Assembly (NCBI RefSeq): GCF_041146345.1
Contig: NW_027191413.1
Location: 1,302,001-1,366,000, forward strand
Reading direction: 5' to 3'
DNA from: Neodothiora populina
Lineage: Eukaryota
DNA: 64,000 nt
Below, piece by piece: positions 21,019 to 34,555 of the stretch. How positions within the stretch are numbered: position 1 is the stretch's first letter; the number at the start of each line of letters is the position of its first letter. A program made the translations under genes and the position numbers. The notes below the pieces were generated by a model. The model did not search any database. It was not told the origin of the DNA and saw only the letters and a program-made list of their open reading frames with translations.

Positions 21019-23247
21019 CTATAGGCTGGAGGGGTCGATGGTGCCATTGTAGTGTAAGAACGAGTTGAGGTCAATCTCATCAGCATTATGGTTGCCACCA
21101 GCTTGTACCGAAGGGCTCTGGTACATGCTGCTGTCATGTGGGCTGGTGAAGTGATTGTCATGCATCTGAGCGGGTGAGTGGTACATCATCGATCCCTCAG
21201 CCTTGGGCGTCTGGTAGAGGCTTTGTCCGTTATCACCGCCGTGAGGCATTTGTGTTGGAGACTGGAAGGCAATTGCGGAGTCCTGGTGCATGACTTGTTG
21301 ATGACCAGGGTGAGGAGACGATTGGTACATAGGTGTCTGATGCTGGTCTTGAGAGCGGAAAGGCAGGTTCATCTTCATGTTGGCAGGAGCTGGAGATGTG
21401 AAGTCAAAGCTCTCGTCTTGCAGACCGGGACTGTGGAAAGGCATGCCGAACGATTTGGTGTACATGTCAGACGATAGGCAAAGAGCATCCTCGTTGAGGT
21501 GGTGCTCGCCTGGCGTGCTGAAGATGTCATCGTTCTGGTTACGTCCAAGTCCGTTCAGAGGTGGAGACTGATCAGCAATGACCGGGTCACCGTGGCTCAT
21601 CACAGATACTGGAGTGTTGCTAGTGCCAATCATGGCGGACGGATCCACCGAAAGGAACGAGCTGGAGTAGGGAGTCGAAACATTCAATAAGTCAGCGTTA
21701 GCGGCCGGGTTGTAGAAACCAGGGGTGCCAAACTCGCTTGGAGAGTTAAGAGTGGTGGCGGACATGGGAGCGCCGAACTGTCTGAAGTCCATACCATAGC
21801 TCGCAGATGTGTCGATGCTCAAGTTGGATCCTGCGGGGCCGGGAGCGAAGCCGTTGTTGTGGTGGTGTTGAGGAACAGGTGCAAAGAGGTTCTCTGGCAG
21901 AGGCTGTGCCACAGGGGCTTGCTCGTGTTGGATGAGGAAGGACGGCATTGGCTGGTTTCGGAACATGGAGAAGTCAATGGCGGCAGGAACAGATCTACTT
22001 CGCTGTCTCTTGTGTCCACGAGGAGCAGGAGGACCCATCAGGCCCATGCCGGTATCGTGGAAAGCAGCCGAGTGAGGATGCACGAGGTGGTTAGGTTGAC
22101 TTGCAGGTCTGAAACCAATGGGGGTCACAGGAGCCGAGGTGGGCGCAAAGGCCGAAGGGTCGTGCAGATTGTGGCGGTTCTGAAAGCTCTCAAGAGAGAC
22201 GAGCTTGGCCAACTGACCACTCAGAGCCTTGGACGGGCCGCCCAGGTGGTGCACCATCACGGAGCTTGCCTGCTGGTCTTCAGTGAAGTCACCGCACTCG
22301 TAGAAACCGCCGCTGCCGGAGCTGTCCATGTAGAACTTTGGCGGACGGATGAGCTCGACGATAAGAGATCCCATACGTTGAGATGCGCCCTCTGCAGCAG
22401 TGGTGACCTCGCCCTGCACGAGGTTGATGTTCTTGATCCAGGCGAAGGGATACTCGATTTTGTAGCCAGCCGAATCGTTGTTGATGTAGTAAGTCACGCA
22501 TGCCTTCTCAGGGGAGTAGAAGATGATGAGGTCCATCTGGCTTTGGCCTACACGGCGCCACGATCCAATTGAAAGCGAGCGACAAGCAAAGTGCTGAATG
22601 ACTGTAGGATGTCAGCGTGGATGGAACAGACATGCGGGCCGAAGGACTTGACTCACCAACTTTGCCACTCCCTTGCTCTGGGTTGAGACTCATAGTGCCT
22701 GATCCGTAGGGGTAGCCAGAGCCGTTGGGGCCGAGGAGGCCAGGGAAGAAAGCTCCCTTGCCCGACTCCATGGCTTGCATTGCCAGGTGACGACGCATGG
22801 ACTCGGGGATGCTCTCGCAGTCCTCGCCATTTTCGATGCTTTTCCTTGCAATGTTCTTTATCTTGGCTCGTCTGATGTAGTAATCAGTATCCATTAAATA
22901 TTTAAGCCTGCGTACATTAATGCTTACCTGTTCTGGAACCAAATCTGCACTGATCTCTCAGTCATGTTGATCTGCTCCGCAATTCGCTCTCTAGTAAGAG
23001 CAGTGGGAGTAGGGTTCTTGTTGAATTCATGTTCAAGTGTAATAAGTTGGTCTTGAGTAGCCCTTTGTCTTTTTTGGTTTTTCTGTTGCTGTGTGAGGGT
23101 GCTCTTCCTGGGTGGTCGTCGTGATGATGATCCATTTGCGGTGAGAGGGGTGTTGGGAGATGGAGTCCCCTGATTATAATCGTCGGGAGATTCCATGGCG
23201 GATGTGGAGATATGGAGATCCGACACGCTGACGGGTGTTGAGTCCAT
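21019..23247 (-). CDS. Homeobox transcription factor, Pho2/Hoy1/Phx1 type
   Basis: Homeodomain [42 protein letters not shown], followed by the conserved domain [39 protein letters not shown]. Exons 23247-22928, 22871-22657, 22601-21019; canonical introns 22927-22872 and 22656-22602. Confidence 0.92.
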
Positions 23248-26200
23248 CTTTGAGTAGGCTGTATATTACTAGACAGATGCTGCCAGGTACAGACAACAAC
23301 GTCACTTAGATCAGTTCAATGTTAATTGAACGACTATCAATCGAAAAGGCGTAAGTTAGTCAAGACTATAGCGTAGTCTGGTCAAACTTGTCCCAATCGA
23401 CGCGTATAGGCAAATCCCTGGGTTGCAAAAGTGCAGGCTGAAGCTGTGATAATATCGAATGTAGATTCGCGTGACTGAGCAGCTGAATAATGTGTCGGAA
23501 TAGTATTACAGTCAATGAGACTCGGACTCGAATGCTGTTGAATTGCTTTGGGGGTAGAGAGTAGAGCGCCCAATAGTAAGATATGACAGGCCCAAAAGGA
23601 GTGAGGCGTGCCGTACTGGCCAGATGCAGCTGCGATAAAAGTACGAAAAAGGAATGTCTGCGAACACCACAATCAAAAGGAGCGATAGAGTGATGTCCAC
23701 GAGGGTTGAAAGGAAGGAAAACAAAGGGTTAATGGGAGGGAAAACAAGGAGGAGGAGGAGAACAATGGAGAGGAAGACAAGCAGGGAACGGTGATTGGTA
23801 AAGGTGACGGTGGAAGAGCGGGCGGCCTCTACACATTAGGTACCCTTTGCTCTCCTCCTCTTCCTCCTACAGTGCCCCCTTGAGCAAGAGAGGCCAAGCG
23901 ATACCTTTGACCATTGACCACTCGGGATGCTTCAGGGCTCGGACGCTTTGGGCAACACTAGTACAGTAACCCTTTCTCCTCCTCCTCACGAACACGCACG
24001 GCGGGTGCGCTACCGCAACCCGCACCATCCTCTCCCCTACCGTATGCTGTCAATGTATGCAAATCGCCTGACGCTCGAGCCCGCCGCCCTTTTACCGGTC
24101 GGCCAGCGTCATCATCATCGGTGGTATCGCCCCGTCACGTTTGCAAAGGGTAACACTACCTACCTATCTGTCCACGCCGATACACTTTATGCCCGCCAGA
24201 CCTTGGTTTCATACAATCACATATCTATGGCTTCTAACGTGGTTTCCGTGATACAGTAGATAGCATCAGCTTCACCAGCACCGCCAGCTAGCACTAGTCT
24301 CTATCTTGTTTTATCGCGCTGATACTGCCGATACCACTTGCGTACCGCTACTTGCAAAAATCGAGAGATGTGGGATCGTTGGCCATGGGTGGCCACACTG
24401 CTGCGGCTGCAATTTTCCGAATGTACGCGAAGGCGCACACTGTCCGGCGTACGGGATCTACAACACCGTGTCTGACTCTGAGTCCCTAGCTGACTCTCTC
24501 TCCTGGGCTCTGTACATGCTTTGAGCCGTTCATCCGATGCTTGAACACTCGACTACTTCCAGCCCGTAGGCACGTCTCCTGACGAGCGGATTGGGAAGTC
24601 GAAAGTATCAACAAACATGCAAAAGCAGTGTGTTTACCTCCGCGTGCATGTTGAGTTCAACGTGCTACAACGTGCGAACGTTCAAACAACATACACACAC
24701 GCTGATACCACCGCGATCTTCCTCACCGCATCACACACACCGCAGAACACGCTTATCAATGACGAACGGGTGCTCACCATGCCTGCGTAAAGCGCGCATT
24801 ATCAATTACAAGTGCGAGGGTGGGCGCGATCTAGGTTCAGCAGCTCGACCAATACCACGAACATCATAACGAACACCTTCTATTTTCTGCACAATCACAA
24901 GTCTTCCTCCCGCCTGCAGGTGTGGCGGCTCGATTTTCACTCCGGTTGGTTGCGTTCCTGTCGAACCTTACCTGACTCGGTAGGTAAGCTCTGTCTTGGC
25001 CCCCTGACCCCTGTCGCATCGTGGCCTAAGAGCTCGGCACACTTGCGAAAAGGACGGGAAATGCAGGAACACCCGCCCATCACGAGCCGCTAGCGTTTGA
25101 CCCACAAAGCTCGAGGCCTAAAGGGATCAAGGTGTCGCCCTTTAGCTTAGAGCGCGAACGACCTCCAGCTCGGAGTTTTCCTTCCAGAGACGATCATGAG
25201 ATCTCCCGACCATTCCCCAGGCCGCATACAAGTAGAGCGATGGCATTTGACGGCATACCGCCACTACCGAGGGACTTCTGCACTGTACTGTAGCTGTTGT
25301 AGGTGTTCTCGTCTTCGTACTACTGCATTGTGGATATTCTAAAAATGGAACATGGAAAGGTGGTCCTTTAGAGCTACAGCGGCGTAATAAACAGTAGCAA
25401 TACTCGATATTGTGCCGGTGACAGCAGCCTCGCCGACATGCAGTTTGAGCCCTTGGAACGCACTCTTGGTGACGCAAAACATTGCTAGATGTAAGACATG
25501 GTTTCGACAGCAGTGCCACCGAGCTTCGAGTCAAGGATATCCCTCGGCACATTGAGGTCTGACACAACTCACGCATGCCACTGCCCCTCTATCTGAGCTT
25601 TGGCTCAAGGTCAAATGAAAGGAAGCCCCAATATTCGTAAGGCGAAACGACCCTCGAAGCCTCTTTCGCGACAGCTAGAATATTCTTGACAGCTTCCATA
25701 TCTGTGATGGATCACCACAGACAATCTGGATCCCTACAACCACCGTCATACATGCCCTGTGCATACTGTGCTTCAGGCGGTTTATGATAGGAGGGGTGGC
25801 AGTGGCTTGTTTGGATGCGAGAAGTTTAACTTCCAGAGCTCGTAGTGTTTTGTTGTGGAGGAGTCTCTAATGATACCTCCGCGATCCTTCCTCGGGACAA
25901 TTCAAGGAGTCCCATTCGAGCTCCATCTCGCGCTACTGTATCATGTATTTCCAGAACTTCTGCGATCTTTCCCAGATCAGATGGGTCCTCAAGCCCGGGT
26001 TTCTGCTTATTCGCTTCCGAACCATCGGTAGTTGATGCTCAGATTGGTGCCGCCGCGAGGTCGACCGGGAGCATCGAAAGCATGTTGCATTGCCCACAGA
26101 CCGCAACCTACAGTCGAGTCAGGAATCGCATTGGCAGATTCAGGCATGCGGTTCCTAAACAAGTAACCTGGGTATGCGTGGCGCCAATCGTGCTGGAACA

Positions 26201-26920
26201 AACAGCCCAAGTTCGCGGAGGACTTGTCGACAAGGTGCATTCAATTTAGCTCCTGGTCGGAAAGGAGGCCAGCATGTGTTGCACAAGACTTCGACGGTCA
26301 GTCCATGCCCTCTTCGATGAGGTGCGCACTTCAGATATCGACGAGTGATCCTCGGCACGTATGGTGGTGGCGCTGTCCTCGATACTGACATCCTCGATAC
26401 TGACACTCTCGCTGGGTCTGCTCAATACCTGGGTTACCTCGGAGTCTTGTCTGCCGTACGGAGAGCATCGGCAGTCTAAGAGTCGATCCCATGGACGTCA
26501 CACAGTCTACAGCCTCGAGTACAATCGACGTTCACAGCACCGTTCAAGCGGACTACGAAGGTTGTCACTGACGCTGTAGGCAAGTTTTGTTGCTTTTGGG
26601 CACATGAGCCCATCTTGGTGATTCTCAAGTTTCCATCTGTCGGTATTCCTATTCCGATCTGGTATGGTTGTCAGATGCAAGCAACTACCTTGATCGTGTG
26701 AAGTCGCCATTCAAGCGATAGCATGTGATACCGCAACAGCACAGAAGGATGTTGCATGTGACACGACAACATAACATCATAAGGTATCCGAGAATGACTC
26801 AGTAATGGAAGATCAAGGACGTGTTTAAAGTTCCACAGCCTCGATAAGGTACCTAAGGTAGGCAGGTAGGGCAGATATGTCGAGCGGTGGAGTGCACGAG
26901 CATCAGAGATACCTTAGGTG

Positions 26921-27098
26921 ACGCGTAATGACTCTTGTGTCTGTCTTTACGTGCAGCGATGTAAGGTTAGGTAGTCAAGTCATGGACAGCATCTGATCTG
27001 GTGTGGTGATAAGATATCTTAGTAAGGTAAGGTAAGTACTGTATGCCAAGCCTTTCGCGTCGCGTCCAGTGGACGGGAAGTAATGTGGAATGACGCGT
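26921..27098. promoter_or_regulatory. Cluster of MCB-like (MluI cell-cycle box) sites upstream of POL3
   Basis: ACGCGT at 26921 and 27093, TTTCGCGTCGCGT at 27053-27065; all within 300 bp of the start of a DNA replication gene, as expected for MBF targets. Confidence 0.65.
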
Positions 27099-27202
27099 GC
27101 GCGCCTCAACTCACGTCGCCCATTAACAGAGCGTGTTTCCAGCTCCACTTTCCGTGATCATAAACCACAACCACCACAATACCTTACCACGATACTGACA
27201 TT

Positions 27203-30200
27203 ATGCCCGGCGTAGTCAAGCAGCAGCCAGCTGCAGCAAAGATCACCGGTAAGAGAGTCTTGAAAGACGCTCCTTCCTCGATACAGAACATACAGCCCAC
27301 GAGCCCATCGAAGCGACGGAAGCTCAATGGCGCCACCACTGCAAATCAGTTCAAGAAACCCGGAAAGAACGGCCTTGGGTCTAGTCAACCCAAGAGTCGG
27401 TTCGAAGAGGAGGTGCTTGAGAAGCTCACGCAAGACATTGGTGGACTGAAACAGAAGAACTCGGAGAAAGATCAGCAGTGGGACCGGCCGCCGCTGGATG
27501 ACTTTAGTGAGAAGACAGATAGTCTCTGCTTCCAACAAATAGAGAACGAGGAGGGTACTCTACATGGCGGAAAAACGTGTGTGAAGCTATTTGGTGTAAC
27601 AGAGGTGGGTAGAGCATTCAGACAAGGACATCCTGCACCGAGCGTCACTGACAGGAAGCAAAGACTGGTCATTCTGTTCTTTTACATGTCACAGATTTTA
27701 TGCATTACCTTTACGTTGCTGCTCCCGTTTCCTTTACCCGAAACGATTGCGATCCCTTCAAAGCGTACCTCGAGACACATCTGGCTCAACACCAGCCGGC
27801 CATACACTCTGTCCAGATTGTGCTTCGGGAGAATCTATATGGCTTTCAAGGTAACCAGAAGGCTGCCTACCTCAAAATCACCGTCACGGATCCCAAATTC
27901 ATCAACAAACTACGCACAACGATCGAAAGTGGAGGAGCCAATTACAAAGGCTTGTGGAAGGGTGCCGACGGTGGCATTCTCACCTTTGACAGCATCCAAT
28001 ATGTTCTGCGCTTTATGATTGACACAAAGGTACGTCAGCCGTTATATTCGCTAATATGGTTCTCGAGATACTTATAATCATCAGATCTCGGGCATGTCCT
28101 GGGTCGAGGTTCCTTCCTCGAAATACACACTTGTGCCGCAAAGAGATCGACATTCCAACTGCCAGATCGAAGCTTACTGCCATTACCGCGACCTCATCGC
28201 CCATCCTTCAGATGGCGAGTGGGCGAAGATGGCACCTCTCCGTATATTGTCCTTTGATATTGAGTGCGCTGGCCGAAAAGGAATCTTCCCAGAGGCCAAT
28301 ATGGATCCGGTCATCCAGATCGCCAACGTCGTCACCAGATACGGCGAGGATAAGCCGTTCGTTCGGAATGTCTTCTGCATGGACACGTGCAGTCTGATCG
28401 TCAACACTCAGATCTTCGAGTTTGACAAAGAAGAGAAGATGTTGATGGCATGGAGAGATTTCCTGGAGAAGGTTGACCCGGATGTCGTAATTGGATACAA
28501 CATTGCCAACTTCGATTTCCCGTATCTGCTGGACAGAGCGAAGCATCTCAAAGTTGGACGATTCCCTTACTGGTCGAGACTCAGCAATGTGCAATCTGTG
28601 GCAAAGGACACGAACTTCTCAAGCAAGCAGATGGGCAACAGAGATACCAAAGCGACCAACACCAACGGGCGACTTCAATTGGATTTGCTACAGCTCATCC
28701 AGCGTGATCACCAGCTCCGAAGTTACACTTTAAACTCCGTCTGTGCGCATTTCCTCAACGAACAAAAGGAAGACGTACATCATACCATGATTACAGAGCT
28801 ATACAACGGCACACCGGAGTCACGACGGAGACTGGCAGTATATTGTCTGAAAGATGCCTATCTACCTCAAAGATTGATGGACAAACTCATGTGTCTGGTC
28901 AATTACACTGAGATGGCCAGAGTCACGGGTGTGCCATTCAATTACCTACTTTCCAGGGGACAACAAGTCAAATTCATCAGTCAACTCTTCCGAAAAGCAC
29001 TGGACCAACAACTTGTCATTCCGAATCTCCGCACCGACGCCTCGGACGAGCAGTATGAGGGTGCCACGGTCATCGAGCCTACCCGTGGCTACTACGACGT
29101 TCCTGTTGCCACTCTCGATTTCGCCTCTCTGTATCCGTCTATCATCCAGGCACACAACCTATGCTACACCACACTCTTGAACAAGAACGCTGTCGATAAG
29201 CTAGGTATGAAGAAGGACGAAGACTACATCGTCACCCCGAATGGTGATATGTTCTGTACTTCGAAGGTGCGCAAAGGGCTGTTGTCACAAATTTTGGAAG
29301 AATTGTTGGGGGCCCGAAAGCGGGCAAAGAAAGAGCTGGCAGTGGAGACAGATGCTTTCAAAAAGGCTGTGCTGAACGGTCGTCAGCTCGCCCTGAAGAT
29401 CAGTGCCAACTCCGTTTATGGTATCACTGGCGCTACTGTTGGCAAACTCCCATGTCTTGCAATCGCTTCGAGCACGACGTCATACGGCCGCCAAATGATC
29501 GAGAAGACCCGAGACGAAGTCGAGAAGAAGTACACAATTGCCAATGGCTACACACATGACGCTCAGGTCATCTATGGCGACACGGATTCGGTCATGGTCA
29601 AGTTTGGCCCCAATGATCTCGCCGAGGTCATGAAACTTGGCGAGCAAGCTGCCGATTACGTCTCATCGAAGTTCATTAAGCCTATCAAACTTGAGTTCGA
29701 GAAGGTGTACTTTCCCTACCTGCTCATCAACAAGAAGCGTTATGCCGGCCTGTACTGGACAAACCCGGACAAATATGACAAGATGGACAGTAAAGGTATT
29801 GAAACTGTGCGAAGAGACAATTGCCGCATGGTCCAGACCGTCATCGAGACCAGTCTGCGTATGCTGTTGATCAACCGAGACGTGCAGGGGGCTCAAGAGT
29901 AAGTGACTACGAGATCATATGATATGAACTCTGTACTGACAAGAGAAACAGCTATGTGAAAGAAACCATCTCAGATCTTCTACAAAACAAAGTCGACATG
30001 TCCAATCTCGTCATCACCAAAGCTCTTACGAAGAACGACTACGCAGCAAAGCAAGCTCACGTGGAATTGGCAGAGCGTATGAAGAAGCGAGACGCCGGAA
30101 GCGCACCCGCACTCGGTGATCGTGTGGCCTACGTGATGATCAAAGGCGCCGCGGGAGCCAAGAATTACGAGAAGTCAGAGGACCCGATATTCGTTCTTGA

Positions 30201-30690
30201 GAACAACATCCCGATAGACACGAAATACTACCTCGACAATCAGCTGGCCAAACCTCTCGGGCGTATCTTCGAGCCCATTCTTGGTGAGAAGAAGGCCGCT
30301 CAGCTGCTCACAGGCGAGCACACACGAAGTATCCAGGTCGCAGCACCCACGATGGGCGGCTTGATGAAGTTTGCCAAAAAGACCGAAACTTGTATGGGCT
30401 GCAAGAAGCCGCTCACTCTTCCCTCAGAGAAGGGTGGTGCTGTGTGCGAAAACGATCGCGACCGCTTCGGCGAGTTATACCAGAAGACGCTAGGCAAAGT
30501 GGCAGAAATGGAGGTCAGATTCGCACGGTTGTGGACGCAGTGTCAGAGGTGTCAGGGGAGTATGCATAACGAGGTTATTTGTTCCAGCAGGGACTGTCCT
30601 ATATTCTACATGCGGATGAAGGCGAAGAAGGACGTCGAGGATTCGGGCAAGGAGTTGTCGAGGTTCGACAAGGACGGGACACTTTGGTGA
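27203..30690 (+). CDS. POL3: DNA polymerase delta catalytic subunit
   Basis: Exo I SFDIEC, Exo II GYNI..FD, pol motifs [23 protein letters not shown], and C-terminal CysA/CysB. Introns 27605-27663, 28030-28084 and 29899-29951 join the four ORF pieces in frame. Confidence 0.97.
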
Positions 30691-32046
30691 GCGACTCTTT
30701 TTTTTGGCTTCTTTCATGTAGTCTACTTGTCAACTTTCGTAGTAGAAGTCTTTCGGGTAGATGATCATCACTTCCTGCTTTGTTTATCAGGGCCACGAAA
30801 CCATAATGCTTGAATGGAATATCCACTAGTTGTGCCCTGTGTACACAGACTCAAAGCATACCGCACGTTTTCGTAACCTCGAAGAAGAAAGGGAGGCAGT
30901 CCAACGAGCTACCTACGTCTTGCATTACACTTAACGCCCTATTCTTGTCTCTTTGCGTATGCTTCCTTGAGGTAAGATAGAACGACGAGGTACTGGAGCG
31001 ACCTGCCTACAGTTTGTTTAGGTAGGTAACACTTAACGTTCCCACCATACTCACTTATTCACAATCACAGCAAGCATCTACAGATGATCCCTTATCGATA
31101 CATCTCATCTCGACCCCGTCCATTCATGACACCTCTTGTTCCCATCACCTTGAGAAGATGAGACAAAAAGTGCGCAAAGGAGGGTGCCAAGTTTATGTAT
31201 AGGGAGGGCGACCCTGTCTCTTCACGAGCATTGTACGGATTCGGGTGCCCGGTGGCTAGGGTGAGTAGTCAATGGGTGATGTCTGCCATTTTATCGTTAT
31301 TTTCACGGATTCTGACCACGTACTCGTTGACTGTTCGGTCATTTGTTGGATTCGTGCGTGTTTCATGTTCTTGGGTCGGTCGTGTAGATGCTGACCTCGT
31401 ATGGTATAATCGTGTTTCCAGGACTAGAGATGAAAGACTCGACGGCTGAGATCCAAGCTATAAGAGAGGATGAAATACATGTATGCTTCTCCTTCCCTCG
31501 CTTGCCGCAAGTATCTTCGCATGCGAAGGGTAGAAGTAGAGGAATTATTCCCATGTACAGTAAGTACATTGTCTTTCTTACCTTACCTGGACCTGCAAAC
31601 ATGCTGAATAATCGCGCCTACCTTGTTGAAATTACACGTGCTTTATACGATACCTTCTCCTTCTGTAGGTATCTTCCGCATTAGTGTACTCTGGAAGATC
31701 CGAATGATTACCTAGGTAGCTGTTTCAAATAAACAGACAGTCAACGGCAGATGTAAGAAAGGAAAGAATGTCAAGGGCGATCCGACGCAAAAGAGACAAG
31801 AAACATTTGTGGTTGCGTTACATACGTATCAAAAGACCAATGACGATATTGGCATAAACTAGGGGAGAATGGGAATAAAGCAGAGTTATATATATGATTC
31901 CCCAGACTTTGTATTTCAAGAGGAAAGTGAAATGAAGCAGTCCCTAGACCGTATTGCTGCATTCTCTTGCTTGCCCTCGTTAGGCTGTTGAATCTCTCCA
32001 AATGCCGACTACCTCACTCCATTCAATAGGTCTTGGATAAATGAGC

Positions 32047-32956
32047 TTAGTATCCAGGGCGCCTATCGAAATCGCCAGGTCTTCCTCCCTCGCTCGGTGC
32101 ACCGGGCGCTCCACGGCCGCCGTCGCCGTAGTGCTTCTTTCTGAGCGCGGCAAGTCTCTTCTTCTTGGTGTGCGCATTGATGTAAGTTCCAATGACGAAT
32201 CCCACGACGTTGAAGAAAGGCACCCAAGTCTCCTGAGGAAGGAACTTCTGAGCAAAGGCGAGACAGATGGGCGAGGTCGCCCATGAGACCTTCATGACCG
32301 GCATGAGACCGGCGCGAACGGTTGCGCGGACCTGGTGGAAAGTGCGCGCGCCAGCGATGATGGCCATGCTGGTGAGGTAAACAGTGTTCTGGATCGGGGC
32401 GATCTGTTGTCGTTGATTAGTTTGACCATCTTCCATCAAGAAATCGCAAAGATGGTGGAAATGCGCATGCAGAAGCACAGATGACGTACGATCAAGTTGC
32501 TGACGAGGATCTGCAGAATCTTGGCCTTCAAGCTGTTTCGATTGGCGAAGAGTCGCTGAAGGATGTTGATCAAGACATGACCCAGTGGAGCACTGATGAA
32601 GGCGCCGTAGACGGCCATCTTGGGTACTCGCGAGGTAAAGTAATTACCATTCTTGTTGCGATCCTTGGCGATCCATGATGCGAGTAGTTCTTGCAATGCC
32701 GAAAGAGAACCGGACGTGAGCATCTTAGTCCTTAGCGGGTTTGACTGGAGCTGTTGCAGATATGCCTATACCAAACGGCTGTGAATTAGAGCTACCGCGA
32801 CGACGACATGCAGGCGCGCAATCGCGAAGAACATACTGCGAGGTAGCCGCCGGGGCCAGCGCCACGAGTGAGAGCATTTCCGACTTCGTGAACAAAATCC
32901 TCTTTGCCCGATGACTGGCTGACAGTCTCCTTGACGTCGAATTTGACTTGTGACAT
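32047..32956 (-). CDS. Mpv17/PMP22 family (peroxisomal) membrane protein, about 250 aa
   Basis: YLQQLQSNPLRTKMLTSG, YGAFISAPLGH, SW..SP..LAFAQKFLP..WVPFFN motifs. Exons 32956-32837, 32765-32490, 32403-32047 with canonical introns. Confidence 0.88.
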
Positions 32957-34555
32957 GATGGCGACGTGCTATCTGAGTGGGTAATCGACGTTGCTTCGAC
33001 CACCAATCGACGGTTCAATGCTGTTGTCGAAAGTGACAGAATATAAGTATTTAGCAACCGCGATTCCTAGTCAATGGGAAACGCAATCGAATGCAGAAGA
33101 TCTGATCAGAGAAGTGTTTGATAGAATGAATGACCCAAGGCAAGGTAACCTCGTCCTGAGATGTTGATCGGGCTGGGAAGCGGCGATGACCGAGGGCGAG
33201 GGCCAAAACACCCGCTATGCCATGCCAACACTCTCCTCTGGGAACTCCTCATCCTCGGACCGGTTCGTTTATCGGCTTGTATTCGTTGCTCCTTCATGCG
33301 GGGTACAGTCGTCAAGGATACCGTAAAGTACAAGTACTTGTCAGGTAACATTACAGTAGGTAAGGTATTTTCCGCCATACTGCCTGGACCACGTGTTGCA
33401 TATTCGTCTGCACCTCGACTCTTCCTTTCCGTGCAAGACTCTCGTGTTTGCTTCTGAGCTTGTCCAATGTCTGGCTCCATAAGCCATCTTGCGAAATGTC
33501 AACGCTCTTGCGATTGCGCCCGTTCGTGCTGGCGATAGACTTTGATAAGATAAGCGTTGGCCACAGCTTTCACCGTAGAACCTGGACCCTATCATCCACC
33601 CGAGCCAGCCTCCTTGTTCAAGCCTGCAGTAGAAAGTCAAGGGACATGGCATCGACCTGCTAACATATCAGATACTCTTCCTGTCATTCTCTGGGATTCG
33701 TCAGACTCTAAGCAGACACACATCCATGTAAGGTAGGTAGCCATTGGACAGCACAGTCGATATTGATGTCATCTTGCACAACTAAGCTTGTTGTCAGTAC
33801 CTTAAGAAGCAACTCCATCGATGACCTTTCGCCAGCTTGGGAAGAGTTGCACCCTACCTACATATTCAGCAGCGCGGTCGGCAAGGAGAGGTGCAGTGAA
33901 TTTGAGGTCTGGACGTAGCTGAAATGTACTGTATGAAACCAGCACACTCAATCAACATGGTTGACATCTTAGTCGACTCCGATCAACGTCAGTAAGGTAA
34001 GATATGTATAAGATGAGTTAGGCGAAGTAACAGCAACAATTCAGCAGACAGATTGGTTGTCTGTCTAGTAGGAAAGGTCCAGGTAGGAAGGCGCGACCTA
34101 TTGAGACTTTGCACATTTGGAACATCATAGCCCGTCTTGATCGTGCGAGGTGGAGAAATGATTGCCTGCCTTCCTTACCTTAGCCAGAGAAGCAAGTGTG
34201 CTTTGTAAAAAGCGATGCAGGCAAGAAGCACCACTGTCTCCCTACCATACCTCATGCTTACCGCCTTCCCACAAGAAGCCTTCCACTGCCTGCCTCTTCT
34301 ACCCCCGTACTCTATCCACTTCGTCTTCGTTATCACCTCCGCTACCTTACTCTCAACGCCTTACTTTCCTATGCGGACTGTACCCGCATTGAATTGCAAT
34401 CATCTTTCTGTCCTTCATCTCTCGATTCTTTGATGATCTGTAAAGAAAGTGGAGGTTGAAAGGACAGCTTCTGTCAATCCGTCATCCAACAGATTCACAT
34501 TTCCGGCAGCACTATCCTCTGGATTTTCGCGAACATCAACCGCATCTCAGAAATC

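Noticed and set aside
25800..26600. Cys-containing minus-strand reading with several stops, and a 15-bp duplication at about 26376-26405
   Set aside because: No recognisable family and no consistent splice model; a pseudogene call cannot be supported.
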